Source: Squalus acanthias (lineage: Eukaryota). Taken from it: 64,000 nt of DNA. Location of the stretch: assembly GCA_030390025.1 (NCBI GenBank), contig CM059435.1:36580001-36644000 (forward strand), given 5' to 3'. The notes under the pieces were generated by a model, which worked only from the letters and a program-made list of their open reading frames with translations, was not told the DNA's origin and did no database searches. Made by a program: the position numbers and the translations under genes. Of the stretch, positions 1 through 11,000 are shown in pieces (within the stretch, counting starts at the first letter, position 1; each line of letters opens with the position of its first letter).

Positions 1-699
1 CAATTTATATGCTACTTGTAGGGCTGATGCCTAAGGAAAATACAATTATAAAAGTTTCCATTAATACTGCATATCAAACTCAACTCTGTCATACTGATTG
101 GAATTAAAATAATTATCCTTTTTCGAATATTGTATGATAGTGGATGGAATTTGATTGTAATTATTACTACTGAATATTAATGGTTTTAATCGCTTAAGGC
201 TTTTTAAAGACATTGGAACACATTAAAAAGCAAAACATAACTTTCAGACACTTCCGTAGGTGACTGAGATTGAAAAGCTGGGCACTGGCAGCAGTTCACG
301 CGGAAATAAACTGACCAATCATTCTATTGTGACCTTCTAGATCACAAAATGTCTGATAAATACTCTATTTTAGAACTAAGTTATCCTAAGAATTAAAATA
401 AATTTTATCATGGCAGCCTGTGATTTAGCTGCTACTATAGATGCCATTTGTCCGCACAGCAGGACTACATGGTTGTGTACTCTTCCTTGAAAATCAAAAC
501 AAGAAAAAAACTACAACAGTGCAAAATGGTTAAATTAATGATTTTGCCAAATAATCTTATTCACTTAACCGCTCTATTAGTTTATCCATTTGGCAAGAAG
601 CTAACAATGGAATGCAAAGCTGATCATTTGCAATTACTGTACTATAAAAACGGTCACACAGTTATTATAGATAACAAAGCTTCATGCTTTGGTAGCCTT

Positions 700-900
700 C
701 ACTTCTAAGAGATGAGCCATGTCTCTGATCCAGAAGTTGTCTGTTGTTCATTGCGCAGCAGGTGGTACAATTCTGTGGCAGCCTGTCTTGTGAGGCTGTG
801 GTGAAGACAGGTCTCCTCTGATGTACATGTGAAGAGATTTACAAACACAGGCTCTGGGATAGTAACTGCTGTGATCCAAATGCCTCAGGTGACTTTGCAT
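700..900 (-). mobile_element. Degenerate PIF/Harbinger transposase N-terminal fragment
   Basis: Minus-strand frame reads TSEETCLHHSLTRQAATELYHLLRNE, resembling the Harbinger transposase N-terminal SEExCxxRLRFxxEAVTELCHLL segment; disrupted. Confidence 0.5.
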
Positions 901-1061
901 CTGCATTTGTTGTTCCTTGGGGTATAGTTGTACCGTTATGTTTGTGTTGATGCAAAGTGGTCCTGGGTGCAAATCAAAGTGAAAATGGCAGTATAATTTG
1001 AATCCAATCCCAGTCTGACACCCGCGTGCACTAAAATCATGTGGTATGAGATACTCATCAG

Positions 1062-2696
1062 GGGCTGGATTTTTCCAACCTCGGCAGGTCTGTCTCAATC
1101 CCAGCCTCCAACAAGATTTTACGTTAATAGGGCTTCTTAAGCCCGTCCTGCGAGGTTCCCGGCCAATTAATATGAAGCGGATTTGATGACGTGTCATCAG
1201 CCGGTTTCCTTAAAGGGGCCATGTCCACATTCATTTTGACAGTTGTGCTGTCAGTGTTCTGCAGCATTGAGGTGCTACAAACACTGACAAGCAGTGCACA
1301 AAGGTGCACGGCTGTACCCAGGCTCTCCCATGACTCTCTCCATATGCTTGTCACAGCATGCAGGGAGGTTCTCTTCCCTTCCAATGGGCGGAAGACACCT
1401 CCCCAGGACACCAATGCAGCCTGGTTGCACATTGCACAGGAGGGCACAATCAGGGATGTCGTCAGGAGGACCAGGCTGCAGTGGCACAAACCTTTCAATG
1501 ATCTCAGTAGATCACGAAACATTACTGCAAAACCACACTCAAACTCATCCTGCCTTCCCTACCCTACTCCTGCACATCCTTACTCACACTAACTTACCTT
1601 GCACCTCCACCCATCCCTCTCTATCTACATTATCACTTCCCCATCTCACTAGCCACCCCTCACACTCACCCTCATCCTTGTCCAATCATACCAACTAACA
1701 ACACACAAGGGTAGGCACTTGTGTGTTTTAGCCAATGTTCGTGTAAACTTTCTGTTAATGTGTTGTCAAGTATTGAAATCCTTATTGTCACCACTTTGCG
1801 TTCTTGGACAGATCTGTGCTCACCTTTGAAAGCGCGTTAGTGAGTTCCAGTGAATGGTGAGACATAAGTCCCCACCCCCGCCCCCAATGGTGATGAGTGT
1901 GAAAGGAATGGCTTGGACATTGTAGGGATGCTTTATGGTGCTGGTGTGGAGTGGTGCCAACCTGTTGCATCATGTGGCAGCCAGGGTGTACAGTGTTAAG
2001 TGAAGCAAATCTGGACATGGTGAAGCCATTGCTGGCGTCCTGGGCAGCAATGTGCACGGGTGATAATGCCCTGTGTCCTGTGCAGCATCAGTTGATTACG
2101 GAGAAGATTGGTGTGGATGTTGGTGCTGCTGGTGTGCCTGGTGATGCTGGTGTTGGGGCTGATCGTGGTGGGATTCTGAGGACCAAGGTGAGATTTTTTC
2201 AAGGGCACCGATGCTGATGGAATAGATGGCAGGTGAGGTTGAGATGACAGAAGTAATGTCAATATTGAGATAGGTTGTTCCAAGGAGGTGACATTGGATA
2301 GAGAGATTACTCCAAACACTTCAAAAGTGCATAAATCTCAAAAGTGGGTTCTAAATCCTTAATGCTCCAGCTTCTAAGATTGGGAAGTAAACAGCTGTGA
2401 AATGGTAGGTTTTAGACCACTTTTGCAGCTTTCACCTATTCACAGCAATCCACGGTCAGTGAGAACCCAACATACTTACCTGACGTGATAGCCGCTCTCC
2501 GGGAACCTCGTTGAAAACCTGGTAAAATAGCAAGTACGTGGGAAAATGATTCTTAACTACCTTTTAATAAGCTTCTAACAATCTAAATTGGCTGACCCGC
2601 CGCTCGGTGACACTTGGGAAACTGACAAGGAGGCGTGATTTTGACAGCGGATCCGCCTCCAAACCCACACTCGTGAGCGCCGGCAAAATTTAGCCC
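1062..2696 (+). mobile_element. Non-autonomous PIF/Harbinger element carrying a Myb/SANT-like remnant
   Basis: TIRs GGGCTGGATTTT...AAAATTTAGCCC; 3-bp TSD CAG (1059-1061, 2697-2699); ORF 1191-1592 has PRLSHDSLHMLV..REVLFPSNGRK..AWLHIAQE..KPFNDL (Harbinger Myb-like protein). Confidence 0.85.
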
Positions 2697-3054
2697 CAGG
2701 TGGTCATTCCACACTAGTCAACAGTATAACTGCAGCCCAGTGGGAAGCCACATCCTTAAAAGACTAGTGGTATTTTAACATAGCAAATGCATTTAAAAAT
2801 TTGTAATTATAAATAAAAATCCCCTGATCTAGATTTAGTCACTGAAATTAAAATAATTTAAATTAAGTTCTAGTAGAAATATGGACCCATAGCGCCATCT
2901 GTCTCTCAAGAATGGTCCTAGCATGATTTGCTTAATCTAAATGGTCCAATGATGCTGTGATTCCTGTTTTTGATGTGATGTGATTTTCCTGTTGCATCAA
3001 CACAAAAGTTGCGTTTGACAACACATTGGACTCTCGCAAGCACTGCGGGATCAC

Positions 3055-3138
3055 CTTGAGATGGTAGTTCCAAACCAATTTGCATTGTTGTATAACTGCA
3101 ACTGGTGTAATAATTCCCAGGCAGTCCAACGTCTCCAA
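3055..3138 (-). other. Candidate internal exon (84 nt) of an unannotated minus-strand transcript
   Basis: Branch point GCTAAC plus TTTTGTTTTAAG acceptor before 3138; AAG|GTGATC donor after 3055; no stop in any of the three minus frames within the exon. Confidence 0.3.
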
Positions 3139-3446
3139 CTTAAAACAAAAGTTAGCAAGTAGCTGACTGTAGAACAGTACTATAGGATATTCTTAGGTGA
3201 AATTGTAATATGCTTAAGCAAGAAATGTTAAATAGCAGTGGCGATTGGTGACTAAAGTTCCTGCTGTCTGGAGGTCACCGGCAGGCTTTTCAATGGAAGA
3301 TTTCACACATGTACGAAATTTTAAATGGGCCGTGCAGCCCGTTAAAGGGGCCACGCACCCCCACCCTAAAAAAAATTAGGGGGAGTATTGTTGGTCATCC
3401 TTTCGACAGGAGAGGTACAGTTATACATGTAGAACCAAGCCAATGT

Positions 3447-3460
3447 GTTACCATGGCAAC
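3447..3460. promoter_or_regulatory. RFX X-box motif
   Basis: GTTACCATGGCAAC matches the near-palindromic consensus GTTNCCATGGNAAC exactly; lies next to a CpG-containing patch at about 3700-3890. Confidence 0.6.
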
Positions 3461-4326
3461 AGGCCCCTCCCTCGCCTATGCACAATGCATTTTATTTTCT
3501 TGTCCATAGCCATCTTTCACTATAAGAAGAAAGCAAGGTTAAAGAAAAGAGTAAGAGGGATCCAGCAAACAGATGGGCGGAGAGGAAGCCAATACTCACA
3601 TTGGCCAAGCCAGCTTCTTTTCTTGAACTCGTTCTTTCCAATATGCATATTATAAACTTCCATCCCACTCTCTAATCTCAGTCAAGGCCTCTCTCTCCCT
3701 CTCCCAACCCCCGGCTCTGGCTCTGAGCCGGTCCTGCGCTCACCTGGTAGCCCTTCACGATGTGGAGCATAGTCTCAGCACTCTGCTTCCTCCTGCTCAC
3801 CTGGGGCTTCAGCTGCTGCAGACAGACACCGCCGGTGCTTCCCCCTCGCGAGCGCACACACAGAATTCTAGGCGAGGCAGTGCCTCACTTGTGTTACCTA
3901 AGGAACTGCCTCTGTTAAATAACAAACTAAGAATGCTCTTTTTTAAACATGATAGAGAATGGACATTAGTTAAACTAAAAAAAAAAAATCAACTCCTACA
4001 CTAGTAGATATGGTGAAAGAGAAAATGCATCTTAGACAAAGGCTGATGCTGCGGTATGTTAATATGATGTATAAGTACATTAAAAAAATATCAGGAATGA
4101 GAAAAGGACATTTGGCCATCAAAGATCATCCCACTGTTGCATTAACTGTCCCATCAAGGCATCTAATTGTATTTCAAATACCCTCAATCGTTTTGCCTTT
4201 ATTACCATAAATAGTAGGTTATTGCAAACATTTATCACTGTTTGAGTGAAGTAGTTTCTCCTGATACCTATTTAAATTTACTTTACACTATTTGCAGGCG
4301 TGTTTTGAATTTGGTTTATTTGTCCT

Positions 4327-5728
4327 TGTAGGATAATGGGATATGTACCCTGGCAAGAATATTTATCAAAGGCACCAAATGTATCCTTAACCCTTTCACC
4401 TTAATTTCTTGTCAAGGAACCATCTGGGGTTTATGCCGAAATTTGGCTTGCATCAACCAGTTCAGATTGTATTTGCAGTTACACCACCAAACTCCAATCA
4501 GTATACACACAAGCTGCCGAGTGACGGAATTAGCTTTTTCTTGCCAAAGAAGAAGCCAGACAACAAGTCATGAACTAACAATTGTTTATTTACTTCAAAA
4601 TCATAATTAGCAGCACTTACACATAAACATTGAGTATGAAAATAATTAGTAGCGTTAATTGACAAAATAAATAACAGCTTACAAAGGCAGTTCAGTTATG
4701 TCAATCATTCAGCATTAACTGTTTGCTGATTATCAATTTACAGTTGAGATCAGTGTCTGAAACTGATAGAAATTGAGGAGATTAATTCAGGATTAGACCC
4801 CATAAACAAGGTAACAACCTTAGATAGACTTTAATCTATCCAGTAGACTGGCTATGTGCTTGTAGTTAGCAATGTTCGCAGTACTTATACGACCTTGTCC
4901 TTATGACCTAACAAAGATGAACTGGTTGCCTCACCTTCCTCTGGGAGGATGGTGTTAGCCTTCGGAGATGTCAGAATAATGAACCCGCATCTGTAGAGGT
5001 GCTACCTGTTCCTCTTGGATTTTCTGCTCTTGGATAAATCCACCTTACCTGCTGGCAGCTGCATCTGGGCTAACTGTCTTACATCTCATCTCCCTTGATC
5101 TCCGGGAAACCTATACATCTAAGTAACACAGTTAATCTGGCTGTATCTGACTGGTACAGCCTTAACTGCTGTAATCTCTCTCACTCTCACTGTGTCAGAG
5201 ATTCTCTCTCACTCTGTCAGAGATGCAATTTCCATCTTTTACAGAGACAGCCTTCTGCACAGAGACTACTTAAGAACTAAACTGTTTTTTTGTTAAAGAG
5301 TCAAAACACCATGTTATATAGGCTAGATTTTCAAAGAAACCTCAACTCAGTTCACCAATCTGAGTAACACGTTAGAAGACTTCATTCCTTTTGGTGTCAG
5401 TCATCTCAGTCATGAGTGCCCCTAAATGATGACCCAGATATGTCCGATAGCGATTTCACACCAGTCTCCTCTTAACCAAGTATTCTTTTATACACCCTTT
5501 GATAAGGAGTGCCACACTTATCTCTCATAACGAGTTATCTCTGGACCTTTGGCCTTGATGGTTTATGTTTCCCTGGTTTCCGTGAGAATGCCTCTTTTCA
5601 TATAAGTATTCATGGTTTTAATTAACATTAACCTTTTTGGTTTCTCCACAGTTCACATAAATTACTCCATTTTGAAGACAAAGCAATTCTCAAGGGAATC
5701 TTGAAGAATTTTTTGTTATTGTTCTACA
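4327..5728 (-). mobile_element. Solo LTR (ERV/LTR-retroelement type), 1402 bp
   Basis: TG...CA ends with imperfect terminal inverted repeat (TGTAGGATAAT / ATTGTTCTACA); exact 4-bp TSD TCCT (4323-4326, 5729-5732); minus-strand TATAAAA (5486-5492) and AATAAA (4585-4590). Confidence 0.8.
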
Positions 5729-5869
5729 TCCTGTATGTGAAGAGGGTTTCCAGGATGGATTGTTGTGATTCCATTTTTGAAAGCCACCTAGCCCTTTGGA
5801 CAATGGGTGCCGCTTTAGAAATCCCTCTTTATTTGGCTTTCTTGATGAAGAATGGGGCTAGAATGCAGG

Positions 5870-6790
5870 GATATATTAGAAGGACTGCTCCTCCCTGCCC
5901 TTTCCCTCCCAACCAAGTATAAAGGAAAAAGCTGTACCTCATAATAAATAAACTCCTGGCCTGGTCAGAAAAAGAAAAATACATACTGAAGCTACACTTC
6001 ACCAAGGAGGCAGTGACAGAGTTGTGTCACATGTTGAAAGATGACAAGCAGCCACCCCTTCATTGCCTGTTGATGAAAAGATCACTGGAACCCTTTTTTG
6101 CCTTGGGCTCATTCCAGGCTGTCACATCAACGACATAGTCAATCTGCAGTCCAAATAAGTATAAATCAGGTGACTGAAGTGTTGTTTGCCACAGCAAACA
6201 ACTTCATAAACAATTTCCCAGTGGGCAATCGGAAACAGGAGGGGGCCTTGGATTTTGCCTAGATAGCCCAGATGTCATAACTTGCACATATGTAGCCCTG
6301 CATGTTCCTGCTCACAATAGCGGAATCTTCAAGAACTGCAAAGACTTCTACTAGATGAATATTAGTCTGTAACAATCTGCACAGGATCATTCAAGGGAAT
6401 GTTTTCTTTTCTGCCAGCAGTCATAATACTTTTATTTTATGAGAATTCACTGTGCCTGCACTGTTTAACCCTAGGAAACAAAAAGTGCACGGTTGGCTCC
6501 TTGGAAACCAAGGCTACCCACTACGGGCCTGGGTCACGACAGTATTTCAGTATTTCAAAACCTGCTGAACACAAGTATAATTAAGTTCATGTAATAACGA
6601 GAGCCATCATTGACAATACTAACGATATGGTGAAGCGGAGTTTTGGATGCTTTGACAGATCTAGGGTTTCCTACAGGCTAGCCAAAATGTCATGCATCGT
6701 CATGGTTGGCTGTACACTGTATAACTTTTTATGCAACATAGAAAAAACATGGAGCTCTCACAGACGAAGGCCCTCAGACTTCTAAGGGTG
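5870..6790 (+). mobile_element. Decayed Harbinger (HARBI1-family DDE) transposase
   Basis: Fragments LKLHFTKEAVTELCHMLKDD, GSFQA, QVTEVLFATANNFI, CTYVAL, WLLGNQGYPL, KRSFGCFDRS in the expected order, with many stops and frameshifts. Confidence 0.8.
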
Positions 6791-7549
6791 AGGACATATA
6801 TAAGACTAAGGATGTCGTTGTTAACTCCACATTTGCCAGCTGCCAGAGCTGTTTATAAGGATCTGGTTCAGGATTCTCTTCACATAATTACACTTTAGAC
6901 TCTCTGCATGAATAGTCTTCGCTACATCTTCACCCTTCCCTCAACACATGCGCTGTCATCCACAGATTTGATAACTCCCAAACAGACAATGCTACCATAT
7001 TTTATTGCCCAAAATGGGATCTGCAGGTTGAGTGTATGCCACCCCAGTACCTCCCTCCTGTGTGTCTGATGTGTTCTGCTACCTAATCTAGTGCTTCTTG
7101 AGCATGTTTTTCCAGTGGCTGGAGCATGGGAGATGGCTGGCAGCTGTATTTCTGTCAAAGACTCAAGATAATGGTGTCCTCCAACTTCTGCAAGAGTCTA
7201 AAATGGCCCAACTGCAAAGTTGACAGTTCTTTGACAGCTGCAGGGGAATCCTGCCCATACACACTTTGCAGCATATGTGCAGGCATTGAATGGTGGTGGC
7301 AGAAGGATGAAGATGCATTGTAGTCCAGATACAGTGTTATCAGCCATGGCCATTTCATGCATGCCCCATTATAGGACACTGTCTCAACACCCCAACTTAT
7401 CTGCATAATTACTGACGCTCCTATCAATGGCTGTCTAAATGTAAACTCCAAACCTATCCATAAAGAAGCAATTATGTCTAAAGCTTGCATGGCAACAATC
7501 TGAGCACTCTTGTGAAATGCTGTGACTGGTATTATAGCCTCTGTCATTT

Positions 7550-7575
7550 GGGGGGGGGGGGGGGGGGGGGGGGGG
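7550..7575 (+). repeat. Poly-G run (G26)
   Basis: Directly visible homopolymer. Confidence 0.9.
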
Positions 7576-8089
7576 CTAACTGCTTCCTGTTCCTCCTGTG
7601 CCTTGCTCCTGCTCACTCATGCTCTGTAAATCACCCAGTGCAAAATACCATTGGTGCATGTTCCTAAACTAGTGCTTTACAGGATTAGTGTGAGTGAATG
7701 CACCTGTTCAGTGGTGCTTTCCTCCAAGGTTCCTTGGCCCTCAAGTCCCCTTCATGTGCTAAAGCTAGAGAAGAATAAGAGGAGTTAGGGATACAATGCA
7801 GCCTTGATGGAAACTTGATGGCAGTTTGCTTTCCGCAGAATGACTAAAAAGGAATTGATTTTTTTACTAACTCCAGTGAGTGAGGAAGGGAATGAATAAA
7901 TAGGCTTAGAAGGATAGATTATAAAAAGTTGTGCACAAACCCCAAGATGATGCTCCTTTAATCCAGCTTCAAGTCTGAATCATTGTTTGCTAGTGCCTAT
8001 ACTGTATGGTCACTATTAATGGATAGTTTTTCTTTATAAATATACTGTTTCCACTGTAAATCTACCCCCCCACCCCCCACCACCTACCC

Positions 8090-11000
8090 TTGTGACACTT
8101 TTCAGGAACCCCACCACTCAACAGCAGGAGAGGTATAACACTAGCCACATCACCACAAGATGCATAATTGAACAAGCCATTGGAATGCTCAGGTTGAGGT
8201 TCAGGTGTCTTGACGGCTCTCTGCAGTATCCGCCAGTCAGGGTGTCAAGGATCATTGTGGCATGCTGCGTCCTTCACGACATAGCGCAGCAAAGAGGACT
8301 GGAGGTGTAGGAGGAAGAAGGCGCTAAGGACTCATCTGATGAGGAGGACAACGGTGAAGTATGGAGAGCCCAATGCACGGCCAGCAGATCATATTATTGC
8401 CCATGATGCAAGGGATGCTCTAATAGCGCGTAGGTTCAGATTGATGTCAAATAGACCACTTTCACGCAACCATACCCCCTCGTACAAACAGTCCTGTAAC
8501 CCTTAATCCACTGATTCCACGTTTCCCAAGGTGTGACCATCAATACATATCTCCACCTTCCACACCTATTAAATGGAAACCAGACTGTGAAATCGCCATT
8601 CAATCATGGGGCACAAGGGAATGAATTGAATTACAAATGTTATGTGCTCCAGAAATTAAATCATTAAAAAAAGCTAAAGGAACACCCATCTGTTAACCCT
8701 CGGTGATCTATATAGCCTTTCTCTTTCTATTCCTACCACTTCTACATGGTGCTACCCCAGTGGCTTCAGCAGAGATGGTGGCAGGCTGCTGTGTACCTTT
8801 CTCACTCTCATGAGGTGCTCATGGCTGATGACCTTCAGGTGTTGGAGCCTGCGAGGGCCCTGCCACTGGCTGCTCCTCCTGCACGTCTGCAGGGGCAGTC
8901 TGGACCAGATGGCGTTGAAGCACCATGTCGGGTATTGGTTGAGGGTTTGGCAATAGATCAGATGTGCAGAGGTTCAGAGAAAGATCTATACTTGCCTCAT
9001 CCGTTCTGCCTCCTCCCAGCCCTGGAGCAGCATGACAGCAGTCCTACCTATCTGCAGGACATAGGAACATGAGTAGGCCATTGAGCCCTTCGTGTCTGTT
9101 CCGCCATTCAATGAGATCATGGCTGACCTGCGACCTAACTCCATATACCCGCCTTTGGCCCATATCCCTTAATACCTTTAGTTAACAAAAAGTTATCAAT
9201 CTCCGATTTAAAATTAACAATTGATCTAGCATCAATTGCCATTTGCGAAAGAGAGTTCCAAACTTCTACCACCCTGCTTGTGTAGAAGTGTTTCCTAATT
9301 TCACTCCTGAAAGGTCTGGCTCTAATTTTTAGACTAAGCCCCCTAGTCCTAGAATCCCCAACCAGCAAAAAATAGTTTCTCTCTATCTACCCTATCTGTT
9401 CTCCTTAATATCTTGAAAACTTCAATCAGATCATCCCTTAACCTTCTAAATTTTAGGGAATACAACCCTAATTTGTGTAATCTCTCCTCGTATCTTAACC
9501 TTTGAAGTTCGGGTATCATTCTGGTAAACCTGTGCTGCACGCCCTCCAAGGCCAATATATCCTTCCTAAGATGTGGTGCCCAGAACTGCTCACAGCACTC
9601 CAGGTGTGGTCTAACCAGGATTTTGTATAGCTGCAGCATAACTTCTACCCCCTTACAACTAGTCCTCTAGATATAAAGGCCAGCATTCCATTAGCCGTTT
9701 TAATTATTTTCTGTACCTGTTCATGACATTTTAATGATCAGTCTCTTTGGAACTCCACTGTTTTTAGTTTTTCACCATTTAGAAAATACCCTGTTCTATC
9801 CTTTTTAGATCCAAAGTGGATGACCTCGCATTTAAGAACATAAGAACATAGGAAATAAGAGCAGGAGTATTGCCTACATTGAAATCCATTTGCCACAGTT
9901 TTGCCCATTCACTTAATCTGTCGATATCCCTTTGTAATTTTATGCTTTCATCTACACTACCTACAATGCCGCCTATCTTTGTGTCATTGGCAAATTTGGA
10001 TATATGACTTTCTATGTCATCATCTAAGTCGTTAATAAATACTGTGAATAGTTGAGGCCCCAACACAGATCCCTGCGGGACACCACTAGTCACATCCTGC
10101 CAATTTGAGTACCTACCCATTATCCCTACTATCTGTCTCCTGCCGCTCAGCCAATTTCCTAACCAGGTCAATAATTTGGCCTCAATTCCGTGGGCTTCTA
10201 CTTTAGTTAACAGTCTCTTATGTGGGACTTTATCAAATGTCTTCTGGAAGTCCATATAAACAACATCCATAGACATTCCCCTGTCTGCTACTTTAGTCAT
10301 CCCCTCAAAAAATTCAATCAGGTTTGTCAGGCATGACCTACCTTTTACAAATCCATGCTGGCTCTCTCTGATCAACTGAAAATTTGAGGTGCTGGGTCAC
10401 CCTATCCTTAATTATAGACTCTAGTAATTTGCTGACAGTAGATGTTAGGCTAACTGGTCTATAATTCCCTGGTTTCCCTCTCTCGCCATTCTTAAATAGC
10501 GGAGTGACATGCGCAATTTTCCAATCTAAAGGAACAGTTCCTGAATCAAGAGAACTTTGGAAGATTATAGTTAGGACATCTGCAATGTGCTCACCTACTT
10601 CCTTTAAAACCCTGGGATGGAAACCATCTGGTCCTGGGGATTTGTCACTCTTTAGTGCCATCATTTTCCTCATTACTGTTATTTTAGTTACGTTAATTTT
10701 ATTGAGTCCCTGTCCCTGATTTAATATTAGTTTCCTTGTGATTTCTGGCATGCTATCCTCTTCCTCTACTGTAAATACTGATGTAATGTAATTATTCAAC
10801 ATGTCCGCCATTTCCTTATCATTGACAATATCACCGCTTTCAGTTTTTAAGGGGTCAACATTGCTCCTGACTACCCTCTTTTTCCTAATATAATTGTAAA
10901 AATTCTGTGTGTTGATTTTGATATCCTTGCAAGTTTCTTTTCCTACTCCTTTCCTGTAGCTCTTACTATCTGTTTTGTGACCCTTTGCTATTCTTTGTAT

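Noticed and set aside
2932-3138. Gypsy pol remnant (LGIITPV, VIPQCLR)
   Set aside because: Only two short generic motif resemblances, implausibly close together; not supportable without a profile search.
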